Below, piece after piece: positions 12,219 through 26,209 of a stretch of 64,000 nt of DNA; position 1 is the first letter of the stretch; every line of letters begins with the position of its first letter. The stretch is taken from positions 46,624,001 to 46,688,000 of the forward strand of contig OX597821.1 in the NCBI GenBank assembly GCA_951406725.2, read 5' to 3'. The notes under the pieces were generated by a model. That model made no database searches, was not told the DNA's origin, and saw nothing but the letters and a program-made list of their open reading frames with translations. The position numbers and the translations under genes were made by a program. Origin of the DNA: Octopus vulgaris. Lineage: Eukaryota.

Positions 12219-12788
12219 AATGAAAGTGACCGTGCATATATATATATATATATATATATTCCATGGGCTGAGATTTCGTTATTTTCTTTCTTTTTGCCAT
12301 ATACGGGTTACAAATTCTGTTTGTTTGTGGAGACTTTTATTAGTTGGAGAAATAGCGATCAATTTGGCTGCTATTTCTAATATTTTCGGTATGTGGTTTT
12401 GAGCAACTTGTTGCAATTAACCCTTTATTATAATTTATATATATATATACAGACGTACACATACATAGACAAATACATAATCACGTATATATACTGCCGT
12501 ATAGCGAAGGTTACAATAAAATTTCATTCTATTTTAAGACATATTTCGTAGTACAATGGGGGTTAAAAGGAATCACAAGTAACAAATACTAATGATAGTT
12601 GTTCATTCCACTGACCAATACATAGTTATTGAGTTTTTCCGTCGGATATTCTTTAATCAGATGATTTTGAAATGTGCGTGTATGAATTCATGCACACATA
12701 TATTTTTGTATATGCATGCGCACGTGCATGAGTGTATGTGTGTGTGCGTGCGTGCGTGTATACAGAAGGCGAGATTTTTTCAGGATAT

Positions 12789-13655
12789 TAGGTGGTGTCA
12801 AAATGTTCTTGGACTACTTATGTTTAATGAAAAATAACTTATTTACTTAAGACTTAACATCATCTCCTTCGTAATAGTCCCCTTGCGTAGCAATACACCG
12901 GTCCCAGCGGTCCTGCACTTTTGGACTCCGGCCTGGAGGTCATTTTCCCTAAGCCAGTCGAGGACGTTCTGCGATTCGCTCTCTATCACGATAATGACGA
13001 CGTTTGAGCAGCATTTTCCTCTTGGGGAAGAGACGAAAGTCCGCAAGTGCTAAATCTGACAGATAGGAGCGATACCATGTTTTTGGCGAAAAACTCAACA
13101 GTGAGGAGAGTTCGGTGACAAGGTGCATTGTCATCATGAAGAATCCAATTCTTGGTGCTCCACAGATCCAGTCACTTTCGCCGAATGTCTTACCGCAAAC
13201 GCTTCAAAAGGTCACTGTGGAATTCTTGATTGACGGATTGGCACTGGGGGACGAATTCTCGATGCCCAATACCACATTCCCGGAGGTAACGCTCGTGGCA
13301 GATCTTCTAGGGACATTCTTCCGCGCTTGAAGCGCTTGTGCCACTCGAAATATTGCGTACGACCAATTGCCTCGTTGCCGTAAGCTTGCCGAAGCAGGCT
13401 CAATGTTTCTGTAGCAGACGACCCAAGTTTAACACAGAACTTCGCGTTGGTTTTTTGTTTCTGCTCATGACTAATTCACAGACTACAACATACACGTGAT
13501 CACAAAAACACAAATTTCGCAACTTGTAACGTAAACACAGTGATATCACTCGGCACACTGCCTCACGAAAGTCACTGCTAGCTCTCATCATGTACGCAAC
13601 CGTGTGCTGCCCGCTGTTGGTTCACTGCAGAATTAGTCCAGGAACTTTTGGATAC
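12789..13655 (-). mobile_element. mariner (DD34D) transposon, internally deleted
   Basis: Degenerate TIRs at 12789-12816 and 13634-13655. Transposase pieces KLGSSATETLSLLRQAYGNEAIGRTQYFEWHKRFKRGRMSLED, HDDNAPCH and SYLSDLALADFRLFPK. Confidence 0.88.
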
Positions 13656-13739
13656 GAATATATAAATGGATTTAATAACAGAACTGTGTTTTTTAATAAA
13701 AAAAGTTACTCACTTGTTCTGGACAAACATTTTTATAAG

Positions 13740-14440
13740 ATTATTCTATGATTCTGCGTTTAGCTGCGATGAGTGCGTCAATCCGGAACAGGCGCCGTCT
13801 CATGCCAGCAATCGGACACGGACAATAGAGACCTTCAGTGAAGCTATGATACTGTGACGATGTCGATTAGTTGTCCTTTCTACAACATTCCTAGCGTAGT
13901 AGTCCACGAGATTTAAATCTAGTGAGTGTGGAGGGCATAAATTTTGTGTTACATGATCGTAAAATATGTCTGATATTCATTCTTAGGTTACTAGGATTTT
14001 GTGAAAGTACTGAGTTTTGTTGGACCACGTATATCCTTAAACTGCGTATTTCATCCATCAGTGCTTAACGACTGTCTCCAGCATGTCAACGTGTCCAGCA
14101 GCATTGATTCTAAGACCTGTAGAAAAATGTCATGTGACATGACAACCTCTGTATTATACCACTCCTAAAGCCATCACATGTAGACTTAATGTAAACCACT
14201 CCGGGGATATCAGAGGGACCTGAACATAATTATTTATTACGTCATCTGTAAGACATTTAGTATTCGTCGAAGATTTTTCTGTGTCTTCGCAAACATGTCC
14301 TCCTTATCGAATATTGAATATTCTTAATGTATCGAATATTCCCTTGCACCGCAGTTCTGACAGCCCACTCCAACACCTAAAGTTCTTTGGCGATAGTCCT
14401 CATTGACTTTCTGGGATAATCCTCAATAATATTTTGAACT
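13740..14440 (-). mobile_element. Tc1/mariner DD37D (maT-like) transposase relic
   Basis: Minus strand reads VMALGVV..GLRINAAGHVDMLETVVK..YVVQQNS..DHVTQNLCPPHSLDLNLVDYY..VVERTTN, matching QQDSAP / WPPNSPDLNPLDYY. TIRs not resolved. Confidence 0.7.
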
Positions 14441-14482
14441 TGTACGAATTGCGGTGCCCTTATAGTGTTTGAATTTCTGTGT

Positions 14483-14522
<40 letters not shown>

Positions 14523-14530
14523 GCATGCGC

Positions 14531-14592
<62 letters not shown>

Positions 14593-15467
14593 TTCTTCTG
14601 TAAATTAGTATCGAAGGTTTGTTACGGTTCAATTACAGCAGAGTTTCATATTTGTGGATTATTCAAATTATTTTGTTGCGGTCAGTGGAAATATGTCATG
14701 CAAAATTAACGTTGTTTCTCGAGAATTATGACGAGTATTATGAACACAAGCTAAACGATTTGATCATGTTGTAGAGCGGGGATCTTGATGGGGTTTGCTC
14801 TATATTTCAGTGATTTACGTGTCGAAGTGTCAATCCTTTCATAAGACTCAAATGATAAAAGAATATATATAACTGTAGAGAATTACATACTAATATACAT
14901 AATATACATAATACCAGCTGCCTACGTTGTCTAAGAACCAAACGAATAGAGAAGCTAAGCAAATATCACGACATATTTCCAGAATTAAACCTAATACCTT
15001 TGAACATTTCCCTCCATTTTAAATAAATAAAAGATAAGAAGATAAAGTCGCTTCTATATGGTTGATCTATTAGCTAGAAAACGTGGCGTTAACTTGCTTA
15101 AATTACATTCTGCCATTTTTATAGTGTGGGGTACATTAGCTTAATTTTCTTCTATATATCTTCTAAAAGAGGGAATGCGCACGGCTGGAAAACTTTTCCC
15201 CATAGTTCTTCTTTGTCATAACTGGCCCGTGACTATGCAACAACAACAAACAATACGAATGTTTAAATGTCACTGAGTTGTTGTTCCAAACACCTGCATA
15301 AGGCTTGTAGCTTTGATGAGGTTCGAAAGATTCGGTTTATATCTTTTATCTTTTACTTGTTTAGACTGTGATCATGTAGGGGAACCGCCTTAAATTATAT
15401 TTTTAGTCGAACAAATCGATCCTGTTAAAAGATGTACATGGTCAAAATCAAGAGCAGCAACTACAGT

Positions 15468-15826
15468 GGAGGCGAAATAGCCCAGTGGTTAGAGCAGCGG
15501 ACTCGCGGTCGGAGGATCGCGGTTTCGATTCCCAGACTGAGCGTTGTGTGTGTTTATTGAGCGAAAACACCTAAAGCTCCACGGAGCTCTGGCAGGGGGT
15601 GGTGGCGACCCCTGTTGTACTCTTTAGCTCCAACTTTCTCTCACTCTTTCTTCATGTTTCTTATCCCCAACTTCCTACGCAATCGTTGAGCCTGGATGCG
15701 CATTCATCCATCCGTCGATGCTCTCGGTGTCGGGGGTTGACCTGTTTTCTCTTCTGCGGGTCTTACGAATAGCAAAGGACCACGTTTCGGACTTCTCCCA
15801 AGAGGACGAAGACCGCTTTGCTCAAC
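15468..15826 (+). mobile_element. tRNA-derived SINE family C, full-length with target-site duplication
   Basis: tRNA-like head gcccagtggttagagcagcggactcgcggtcggaggatcgcggtttcgattccc. 15-bp TSD agcagcaactacagt (15453-15467) / agcaacaactacaat (15827-15841), 13/15 identical. Confidence 0.85.
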
Positions 15827-16439
15827 AGCAACAACTACAATATAAACCACATCAACAACTAACAATTATATATTACTGGTATAATTTTTCTATCGCTTCT
15901 GAAAAGATGAAAGTTATCAAATATGAAATCAAAATGTAGAGGGACGTTTTGTCTTTTCCACTCTTTTTGCCATTTCCGCCCCAATATTCCTGCGTTTTCT
16001 CTCATCCACACTTCATCTACCATCCTTTCTAATATTTATCATCTCCCGCCTTCTGTAAATCCTTCATCCTTCCGCAATCCCTTACACTTTTGTTATCTCT
16101 CACCCCTCTGTCTTCCCTGGTCCCTTTGTAACATCTTCCCTTTGCTTCATTACCGCAGCTTCTGCCATCCACCATTCCTCCAACAATGTCAATGATACTC
16201 AAACATTGTCTCAAAATCACAGCATTTAAGGGGAGTACAATCCAGTAAACGTCACTGCTTTTCAGTACTTCTTTTGGAAGAACGAGACACACAGTCAGTC
16301 CCTAGGAGAACTAAACACAACATAACAGGAGGCAACGAAATATTGTAAAATATTTCGTCTACTTCATTACTAAGGAAAATTAATAATGGTTTATTACATT
16401 AGCAGTAGGCTAAGCATTTTGGGAAGGATTGTGGCAGAT

Positions 16440-17000
16440 TTAATCGAACCCTTTATCCACACAATACTCATATAAATCCCTGAAAAATAAAAGCATTTAT
16501 CCTTCAAAAATATTCTATTGGGCTGCTGGACGTAATTCTCTAGTCTCCTTATCCACCATACGTCTTTGTCCGTTTTACTCTAAGAAATTCTACTACAACA
16601 GAAACTGTATAATCTATATGTGTTATGCACTGAAATTTGATTTTCGCTTGTATCTAATCTCTTAACTGCTTGTCTTAGCTTTACAGTTTCGAGCAGTTAA
16701 ACTCATACTCACAATATTTTTTGAGGTAAGCTTCTTTCCTAATCTGTAATATGCTTTCCCTACATGGAGTAAAACTTCTTTTTACCTTCACTACAACTTC
16801 ATTCCTCCTGATGTGTCATTGATCTTTCTGCTTTTTCTTGTTCAGTTTCTTCTCCAACGTGGCCATATTCTCTACGTCTTTCATTGTTATGATATCCTCT
16901 TCCATACTCAACTGCGAATATGGAAGAGGTCATCTTTTTAGCTAAATTTTTAACATTAAAATCACTGTACAGAAAAGTGAAAAAGGAACAACCCAGGGAA
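16440..17000 (-). mobile_element. Possible Tigger/pogo (CENP-B-like) transposase relic
   Basis: Weak minus-strand matches NMATLEKKL..KDQ and YKRKSNF to the CENP-B HTH pattern. Very degenerate. Confidence 0.35.
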
Positions 17001-17401
17001 ATCGTCAATAATGAAGAATTTTAGAATCATAGAGGCGTGGATCGGTCTTAAAAAAGGATTATTTCTATGTATTACCTATAAATGTAATCAACAAACGTAT
17101 GACACCAGTGTTGCTCTATAACTTTCATTAGAATAGATCTTAAAGCAAGAAAACTGCTCTATACGTATGGAATTGAGTAAAATAAGATAGCAACGAATCC
17201 CCTACGTCACCATTTGAATTGTCAGAAAGAACAACCAAATCGAACTCAGGTCAAACCCATCCACCTTAAAAGTCACAGTAAATATACACCAGATAATGTG
17301 GTTCTAGATATTGCTGTTCTATTATAACAAAATCGTGGAAGTTTCGGCGTGAGGGATTTTGACTGTGTGATTACTTAATCCGGATTCACAAGAGCCTAAA
17401 G

Positions 17402-17465
<64 letters not shown>
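17402..17465. repeat. (CTA)n microsatellite
   Basis: Direct reading. Confidence 0.95.
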
Positions 17466-18748
17466 AACCAGGTGACAACTACTTTTATTTGTCCAATTGT
17501 GATACAAGATTAAGATTTATATTGATGCAGAGTTATTTGATACTTGATTTAAGGAATCTTGATTTTAGTACTATTTCTTCGCATTAAGCAAATCAAATAA
17601 CAACAGTCAAAGATTAAAGAACCTACGATAATCTGTAATGAACTGATCCTTTGTTGCTCTTAAGTACTCACAAGTCTTAACATCAGCGTACTAGAAATTT
17701 CTCTTAATGTTCTACAAGTTACAGATGTCAACCTCATGGCGTACAATCTCAAAGTTTTTGGGTCAGAAGTCAATAACACTAAGGTAGAAATAACGAAATA
17801 TCAACTGAGTGCGTGACAAATATAGATGACTGATTGTTTTATATAAGGAGGAAAACATAATTCTTGCAAATCCCACCTGATCAGTTTTGAAAATGGACAT
17901 TGGATAAAACGTATGTTCATGAACTGAATGAATTATGAGGTTGTCTCGGCTGGAACAACTTTGATAATAGGTCTAACCTATTATGTGCTGACCTTGGGCT
18001 AAATAAAATCCAAATGCGCAGAGATTTTTCTAGATCAGCTTTTGGATACCACCTCGTATATAAATGGATTTAATAACAGAACTCTATGTTTATTAATAAA
18101 ACAGTGCTATCAATATGTCACAGTAATAATTGCTGAATTTCCAGGGTTAGTCAGAATAGAATATGTATAACAAGTAAGCTGACTGATCAGAACAAATGTA
18201 TGATCATCTAAGTTTCATTAACAGTCACTGAACTTATTTCAGTTAAAAGACTAGACAACGCTACATTTAAAGATAAGACAAATAACTATAAATAAGAAAT
18301 TTAAAGATAAGAGAAATAAATGTTTACTTAAACGTAAATGTCTGTATACCATCACACAGTCAGATAGGAACCTTAATCAAGAAAAGACTAACAAGACCGA
18401 AATGTAGAATGACATACAATTGGAAAATGAGCTGAAAAGCATACAGTTCAAATTGATGTTAAAAGCCTTGAATTAGATCCTTTAGTGAGAATAAGCGTAT
18501 CGACACGCCTACATTCCCAGAATATATCTTACTCCGACTACATCCATTGAAGACCTGTTATTCACACTAAAGTCAGTGCTTTTAGATATAACTTACCAGA
18601 AGAAAGTATTTCTCTATCTGTACTCATCCCTACCCACCCCCGCTTAAATTGCTCCTCAGAAAGGTAATCATTGTTTACTTGTGTTGCTTAGTTTCAGATA
18701 TGCATCAAGTCCATCTAATGTTCTTGTATATATAAATCAAGAACTAAT

Positions 18749-18821
<73 letters not shown>

Positions 18822-20329
18822 TGCGCGTGTGTGTGTATGTGTCTGTGTGTGTATGTGTGTTTGTGTGTGTGTCTGTGTGGATAAATCAACAAAAATTAAA
18901 ATGTAATGGATTAATACCATTTGCTAGTTCAGATGCAAATAAGAAACCAAACAACTTTGTATTATTAGGGTTACATTCACGCCTTACTTTCTCTAGATGA
19001 ATTAAAAGCCTCAGATATGTTTCCAGTTTCTTGTACATTAAGGTATACAAGATAAACAAAACGTAATTTAGAAACCTTGATGGATAAATAGATGTCACGG
19101 GGATAATCCAGATATCCTGTGTGCAAAATTGCCAGCTGACTAATTGGCAAACCGTGATTCGTTCACCGAGTGCTGTGTGTTATCCTTGTATCCTCTATTA
19201 AACACATGGCGCTTCCGACTTCTCTGAAGCATGATGTTGTCTCCCAGTCTTATAGAATCACTTTAATACACTTTCACCCTGTTATATTATTCCGTCATTG
19301 TCTGACAAAATAAACCAGCATACTAAAGTTCTCAAACCTTTCCCTATCACTATAACCTTCTACGCACCAGCCCAAACTGCCCAACTTAAAAAAAAAATGT
19401 TATAATTAAACATCAATACGCCGCCTTTATCTGTGTGAAAAGCCTTGCGCAGGATACTGCTTTCTTGGATTATATCATAAATGTATTAAGTCTAGGATGC
19501 TACCGTCTTGGCTATAATACAATATCGTATGTATAAGGAATAATTTAGACTGCAGTTAAGTATTCCGTTTTAAACACAAAACATGAGAGTTCCGCGCCTT
19601 TCCAGATTATGAAAGACAAAATTCGGTAGAATTGCTACTTGAAGTTAGACTGCAGAATATTCCTCGAAAAATTACCACACCTCTAATATGGATGCCTAAA
19701 CGCTGTTGTTAATTAAACGATATAATTGACTTAATATCCGTTCCTATAGACATTTGTATACGCCCACTAACGATATTAAGAGAAACAATTAACGAACTTG
19801 AGAACAATAAAAGCTTTATTATTAGAGAAGTGATAAAAGAGATACTTTTGTTTTTACAGCTAATGAAGATGGATATATAGAATAAATTAAAACACTATTA
19901 AATAAATAAATAAATAAATGAATAGATAAATAAATAAATAAAAATAAATCAAACAATTAAAGAGATCAGCAACGGTCAGCTGAAAATTCAATTGAATACA
20001 TTAATAAATTCACACATAAATACGCAAGTGAATGCCATAAATGTGTTATCATGGAGGTGAATAACTTCTTAAACGTGAATATATCTTAGATATTGACATG
20101 TTAAAGGTTCTAACAGTAGCGCACTAATTGGACTAATATCTTAAGTTATCCAGGTATCAATAAACAGATATAAAATATAGTTCAACAAAGTCACAAGAAA
20201 CTGAATGTAGACAACAAAATAGCCATAATGTCTTTAGATATAACGGTCTTCAACAATGCTGATAAACACTTCCAGTGTTTAGAAGACGAATTAAGAGGCC
20301 ATGTTAACACATACAATTTTATGTTATAC

Positions 20330-20905
20330 TGGTGATAAACGTAGTGGTGATATAGTGACAGTGATGGAATATTGAAAATATACCAATAGTTATGGTAGGT
20401 ATAGTGCTGGTATAGTTATAGTGATGGTATAGGGATGATATACTGGTAGATATGGTATAGTGATTAGATACTGATTGTTTTGATATCATAACATACAGCT
20501 AGTGATAGTACATAGATGATGTAGTTGATGATGCACTAATGACGATAGTTATAATATACTGATGATAATGGTATACAGAGAGCGATAATTTAATCATTAT
20601 ATATTGATGATATAGCGATGATACACTGATAAAGATGGTATGTGAATGATATAATCAACAGTGATGGTATAGTGATAATATGCTGATAGTGATAATACAG
20701 TGATGGTATACTAATATTGATAGTCTGATGATGATATACTGATAGTGACACTATAGTGATGGTATACGGATATTGATGATAGTGTTGGCGTAGAGGCGAT
20801 ATAGTGATAGCGATGACTTCTAATAGTTAGAATATAATAAGATATACTAGGAGTGAAGGTACAGTGACGATATACTGATAATCATGGTATCTTGATAATG
20901 TACTG
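20330..20905. repeat. Degenerate 28-bp minisatellite (~GTGATGGTATAGTGATGATATACTGATA)
   Basis: Consecutive 28-bp units are clear at 20661-20772. The unit is built from 11-bp and 17-bp GTGAT-initiated subunits. Confidence 0.8.
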
Positions 20906-20989
20906 TTTGCACTGACAGAAAAAAGCTTTTACTTGGTGGCTGTGAAAGAAGAGACAATGCCTGTGGTAAACCTACCGAGAATGGTGAGA

Positions 20990-21360
20990 GTGGTGTTGCC
21001 ATTGTTTTGTTTAAAGTGATTTAAATCGATACTCAAGATGGGGGAAGAGATTCCAGGCAGCTGACATTGTGGAGAAGAAAGATTGGGTATTTTGGTTACT
21101 GCAGTGCCTGGGGATGTGGGACAGAACGATACTGAAATGTAATTGACGATTTCCTAAATGGATACGCTACAAGACGTACCAGTTTCGGGAAACAGAAATT
21201 ATTATAACAGCAGTAATAAAATACATAGAACAGAAACAGCAAGCCAGTGAGTGGGCCAGGTGTTGGAGTGTGTCTGTCATCATTATGTATATGATTTTAC
21301 CCTACTTCATGGCATCATTATCTATCTAAACTGGCAGCAAAAATGTTCACTGCATGGGTA
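20990..21360 (-). pseudogene. Jockey/CR1-like LINE ORF2 C-terminal relic
   Basis: Minus strand reads TDTLQHLAH...FYYC...TQSFFSTMSAAWNLFP..DLNHFKQ, matching the LQPLxHRR / SFFxxTxxLWNxLP pattern. Confidence 0.55.
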
Positions 21361-22658
21361 CTATTCTGCCCCAACTGTTAGTGTTTAGAAAACTAGACTG
21401 AAACAAGTCTAGAGTCAATCAATGCACACCAGATAATTTCTTTGGCATTAGTCAATAGAATTAATAAAAAGATAAAAAGACGACGGACTCATAAAATTTG
21501 ATATTCTCTAACAAGATTTGTAAATAAAAATATTTTGCATTAAAGCAATTACCCTGGACAACTATTATTTTATTGCCAGTGTTCTTCCTTAACGAGGAAT
21601 AAAATTGTAGTGTAGCATGTATTGATTAAACTTTAGTATAATATTGGTACTTACTTTACGTAACCCAACATGATAAAATGCACAACTGACTCCGATAATA
21701 TTCGATTTGAGAACACAAATATGTTATAATAAACATCTACAGATATAATGTTTTCTATCGTTAGTACCCGATTAGGTGAATCTTTCTCTATAAGGCTGTT
21801 CATTCACTAGAAATATCGGTTGAATTTTCATCAATTCACACACCCAGCTGTCTTAAAAATGTAAAGATTACATTCGACAATGTACTTTTACCTATACAAA
21901 GACAGGATTTTATGAATGGTGTGCCTATTGATTGCAGGTCTTTTAGATAATGTTGTTCAAGAGCTAAGCAACAATAGCAGCATCATAAACATGTGATTGA
22001 ATTTGTATGTATTTATATACTAAGCAAGGTGACTTTGTATTTATCCTTACGCATGATGGCAGAACGTCTTACGATATACATGATGTCTTTTGCTCAGGCG
22101 CATTTACGTTCTGAGTTCAAGCCAATTTTGCTTCCCGTTATTCTTACGAAATCGGAAAACTAAGCATTGGAGTAGAATTAGTTGATTATATCATAGAGAG
22201 CCATATCCCAGCCTGGCCACAGCCAAATGAATTCAGTAAATGAGTAACACTGGACAAAATTAGTTGTTATAGTTAGTCTAAATTACGTTTCAGCTGTTTC
22301 CTTAAAGAAACATCACAAAATTAAATCTTAATCAAATAAAACAATTCAAATGTGGCTATTTTATTTAAGACAAAGGATATTATTTTGCATTCCACCTTAC
22401 TTATACTTATACTTACACTTTGTCCTTATTTGTCCTTTTGTATACATATTCACTTCAAACTGTAGAAATTGTAATACGGAAGAGTTTTGGTAGGGCTATA
22501 GTAGATATTAATTAAAAGCAAAGGCTATAGTTATTCATAGTGGTATGAAAACGGTGTTTTCTTGAACCGAAGGTTATAACGTCGAAACTTGTTCAAATCG
22601 TTTCCATTTTAAATGATAACCGGATGAAAAACTTAAAATTAGGGTGTGTATGAGTGTT

Positions 22659-22723
<65 letters not shown>

Positions 22724-22725
22724 GC

Positions 22726-22778
<53 letters not shown>

Positions 22779-22851
22779 TATATATACACACATATGTGTG
22801 AGAGTGTGTGCGTGCGCGCTCATGTGCATACATGTATACATACATACATTT

Positions 22852-23905
22852 ATGCATTTTGGGAAGCCCTTCGACAAAGCCGATCACGGAATATGTCAAA
22901 AAGTGCGTGAAATTATTATCGATGGAAAACTAAGAGGCTGGCCACGTGACTTTTTAATAGATAGGAACCATAAGGTACTCGCTCTGAGAAGACACCTATT
23001 CAAAGCGGGATCCGTGGTGGTTCTCTCTGACATGCCCAAAGTCATATAGTCAGCTACTTTTATCTGCTCAGCTAATAATACAAGAGTTTCATAAGCAGCC
23101 AATGATCCTAGCGATAACTCAAAACCACAGAAAGACCTGGACGCAGATGCGTGAAGAAACCAACATACAGTTGAACGGAGAGAAATTCCAAACATTCCCA
23201 GAGTACATGTTACTAAGATAGTAATAATGTGCAAGCGACAGACTTGTTAGACTCTGAGATCATTCACGTCACGGGAAAATGAAACCATGCTGTTCCCTAT
23301 GGAGAACATTCCTTCTCAATCACCTAGATTGCTGCTCCCAATGAAAGTTGCCACGGAGAGTCAAACTAGCAGCGGAATTCGAGGTTATACAATAGCAAGG
23401 AGGTGCAACAGATGCATCACTTGAAGAGGCTAAAAGAACTGAGTCTGTACTCCCTACAGAGAAAACGCGAATGACATGTAAAGTCTAGCACCCAACATTG
23501 AAATTGAAAACTATAGTTGCCATCGAAATGGACGTCACGGCATAGTACCAAGAATCCTACCCTCTCCATCTGGAGTAAGGATCCAATACACTAACAATCT
23601 AGGATTCAATTATCCACAACTTTTCAATACATTGTTAAAGAAAAAACAAGACAAAAAGAGAAGGAAAAACTCGAAACACTCAGTGATCTACGAAGTGTAT
23701 ATATGGTTGTATTAAAAGCATTTAGACAAGTTTTTCTTCTGAGATACCAGATGAAGTCTGGGATACCAGATAAAGGACAGGCAGCTTTGTCGACTTCACT
23801 ACTTCATCCAGAACAGTTTTGGTGGGACGATCGGGAAATGAGTTTGAACTCAACAAACATTGTCACTAGTGGCAGAGCCTCAGCATGACCACAAAGAATA
23901 TAAAT
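22852..23905 (+). pseudogene. CR1/L2-group LINE, RT to 3' end, degraded
   Basis: [31 protein letters not shown] (cf. DFAKAFDKVDH), RLKELSLYSLQRKRE, and tail ggcagagcctcagcatgaccac. Confidence 0.8.
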
Positions 23906-23910
23906 ACGCA

Positions 23911-24055
<145 letters not shown>

Positions 24056-25377
24056 GACTTCTGCACTGATTTTGCTTACCAAATCCCCTCACAAGCGGTA
24101 TTAATTACCTCAAGGCCACATTTTAAGACTCGTAGAGTCATAACTAGATCTGTATTATTCAGACTTTTGTGACTAAGTGGCTCAGCAAAGCAACTTCTAA
24201 TACTTCGTCTATTGGAACTAAATTTTCAAGGCTAGGAATATGAACTTTTATAGAAATAAGGGGTGAACACTACTTTACCTATTTTGTTGGACAATCACAG
24301 AATAATATTATAAACAGACTGTTTTCGATTTCGTTCTATAGTTAAGACAGTTTACTTCATAAAGTGAAAAATAATAGATTACAACTTTCAAGTTAGAGTT
24401 GACAAACTTATAACAAGGACTCAAGCCTCCAGAGAAGGTGTCAACTTAGATTGCACATTTACTACGTTTTATGGGATTTTTTTACATAATCTAAAAAATC
24501 AAATATTTCAAACAAAATACAATTTCAGCAGCAATTATACAATTTACGGTTCTCTATAAAATTCTACTTTGTAATGATGTTTTCAAAATAACCAAGGAAT
24601 ATCCAGTTACTACTATTGACGTAAATTCTTTGAAAAAACTACACACGTGTACGCTTATGTATGAATAAAGGTGGTTTATGTGTGTTTATGTAAGCGTGTA
24701 TTAATCAAATAAGTAGCGGATGGTAGTTTAATTCACAAATGTTGCGCATACCACACGCACACGCGCGCGTACAGGCGTATGAGTGTGTCTGTGTTTATGC
24801 GTGTGTGTGTATGTGTGTGCGTGTATGTGTGTGTGTCTTGTAGCCTAGGAGGCTACAACACACACAAAATAATTTGATTTGAGAACAATGCCCAAATGAA
24901 GGGTTACTATTTACATTTTTATCGTTATAAAACTCATTCCACAAGAGAACAAAATGAGTTGATCGGGTCAATATTATTTATGGTTCACTGCAAAATCGCT
25001 TTTTCACTTGAAAAGAGGGCACACAAAAAGTTGTATTTTTAAACATCGATTGTTTTTCAGAGTCTAAAAACATTGTTAAATTATGTAGGCATATTTCTTC
25101 TTCATAAGGAACACACAAAAACAATTTCCATGCATTCGCACATACATACATTTTACATATGCTCGTACAAAAATAGATCAAAACGAAAGAATAATCTGTT
25201 TATGCCATGGAATATGGCACAAAGCATTCAATTTAACTGTACATAAGTAATTTACTGTGTATATTTCACAAACTGCAGAAAGATATTAGGTGAGATTTCA
25301 ACAACAATAAATTCTGAGAAGTTTTTCTTAATCTATTAATCTCTTAATCTCTTAATTGTTGATACTCTATGATTGAA

Positions 25378-25609
25378 TACTCTCATTACTCTCATTTACT
25401 CATTTACTTGCTTCAGTCATTTTACTGTGGCCATGCTGGAGCACCGCCTTTAGTCGAGCAAATCGACCCCGGGATTTATTCTTTGTAAGCCTAGTACTTA
25501 TTCTATCGGTTGCTTTTGCCGAACCGCTAAGTTACGGGGGCGTAAACACACCAAGCTCGGTCGTCAAGCGATGTTGGGGTGGGGTGGGGGGGACAAACAC
25601 AATACACAA

Positions 25610-25672
<63 letters not shown>

Positions 25673-25837
25673 TAAAATGGGCTTCTTTCAGTTTCCGTCT
25701 ACCAAATCCACTCACAAGGCTTTGGTCGGCTCGAGGCTATAGTAGAAGACACTTGCCTAAGGTGCCACGCAGTGGGACTGAACCCGGAACCATGTGGTTG
25801 GTAAGCAAGCTACTTACCACACAGCCACTCCTACGCC
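25378..25837 (-). mobile_element. SINE family A, full-length, internal (TA)n
   Basis: Reverse complement aligns along its length with 8031-8464. Short repeated tail at 25378-25408. Confidence 0.9.
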
Positions 25838-26209
25838 TATAATGCTTGATGCAACTCTTTTCCACTTTTATCGCCATGTAATTATCGTGATAATTACGCA
25901 AACACAAATTCGACATATTTACACATCATATACTTACATACACATATAAATACACATATTCAAGCGATTCTGTAATAATCCCATCTTCTTCAACGCTCAA
26001 ATACTTACGTATTGCACGTGCATACCATACACGCACACGCAGGCGCACAGGTGTATGTGTGTGTTTGTGTTTATGCGCACAGCGTGTTGTAGCCTGGGAG
26101 GGTCGTTTTGCCAATTAAAACTTATGCTGGTCCTATTTCACTTTTTAGACAATTATGTAGTTGCTTGAATGAACTTTCAATGAGCTTCTTTTCATTTGCA
26201 GACATGATA

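Noticed and set aside
15312-15330. Minimal hammerhead-like ttgatgaggttcgaaa
   Set aside because: The core C is missing and no stems I/III are visible; likely chance.
15468-15545. Genuine tRNA gene
   Set aside because: No proper acceptor stem; it continues into a SINE body bounded by a TSD.
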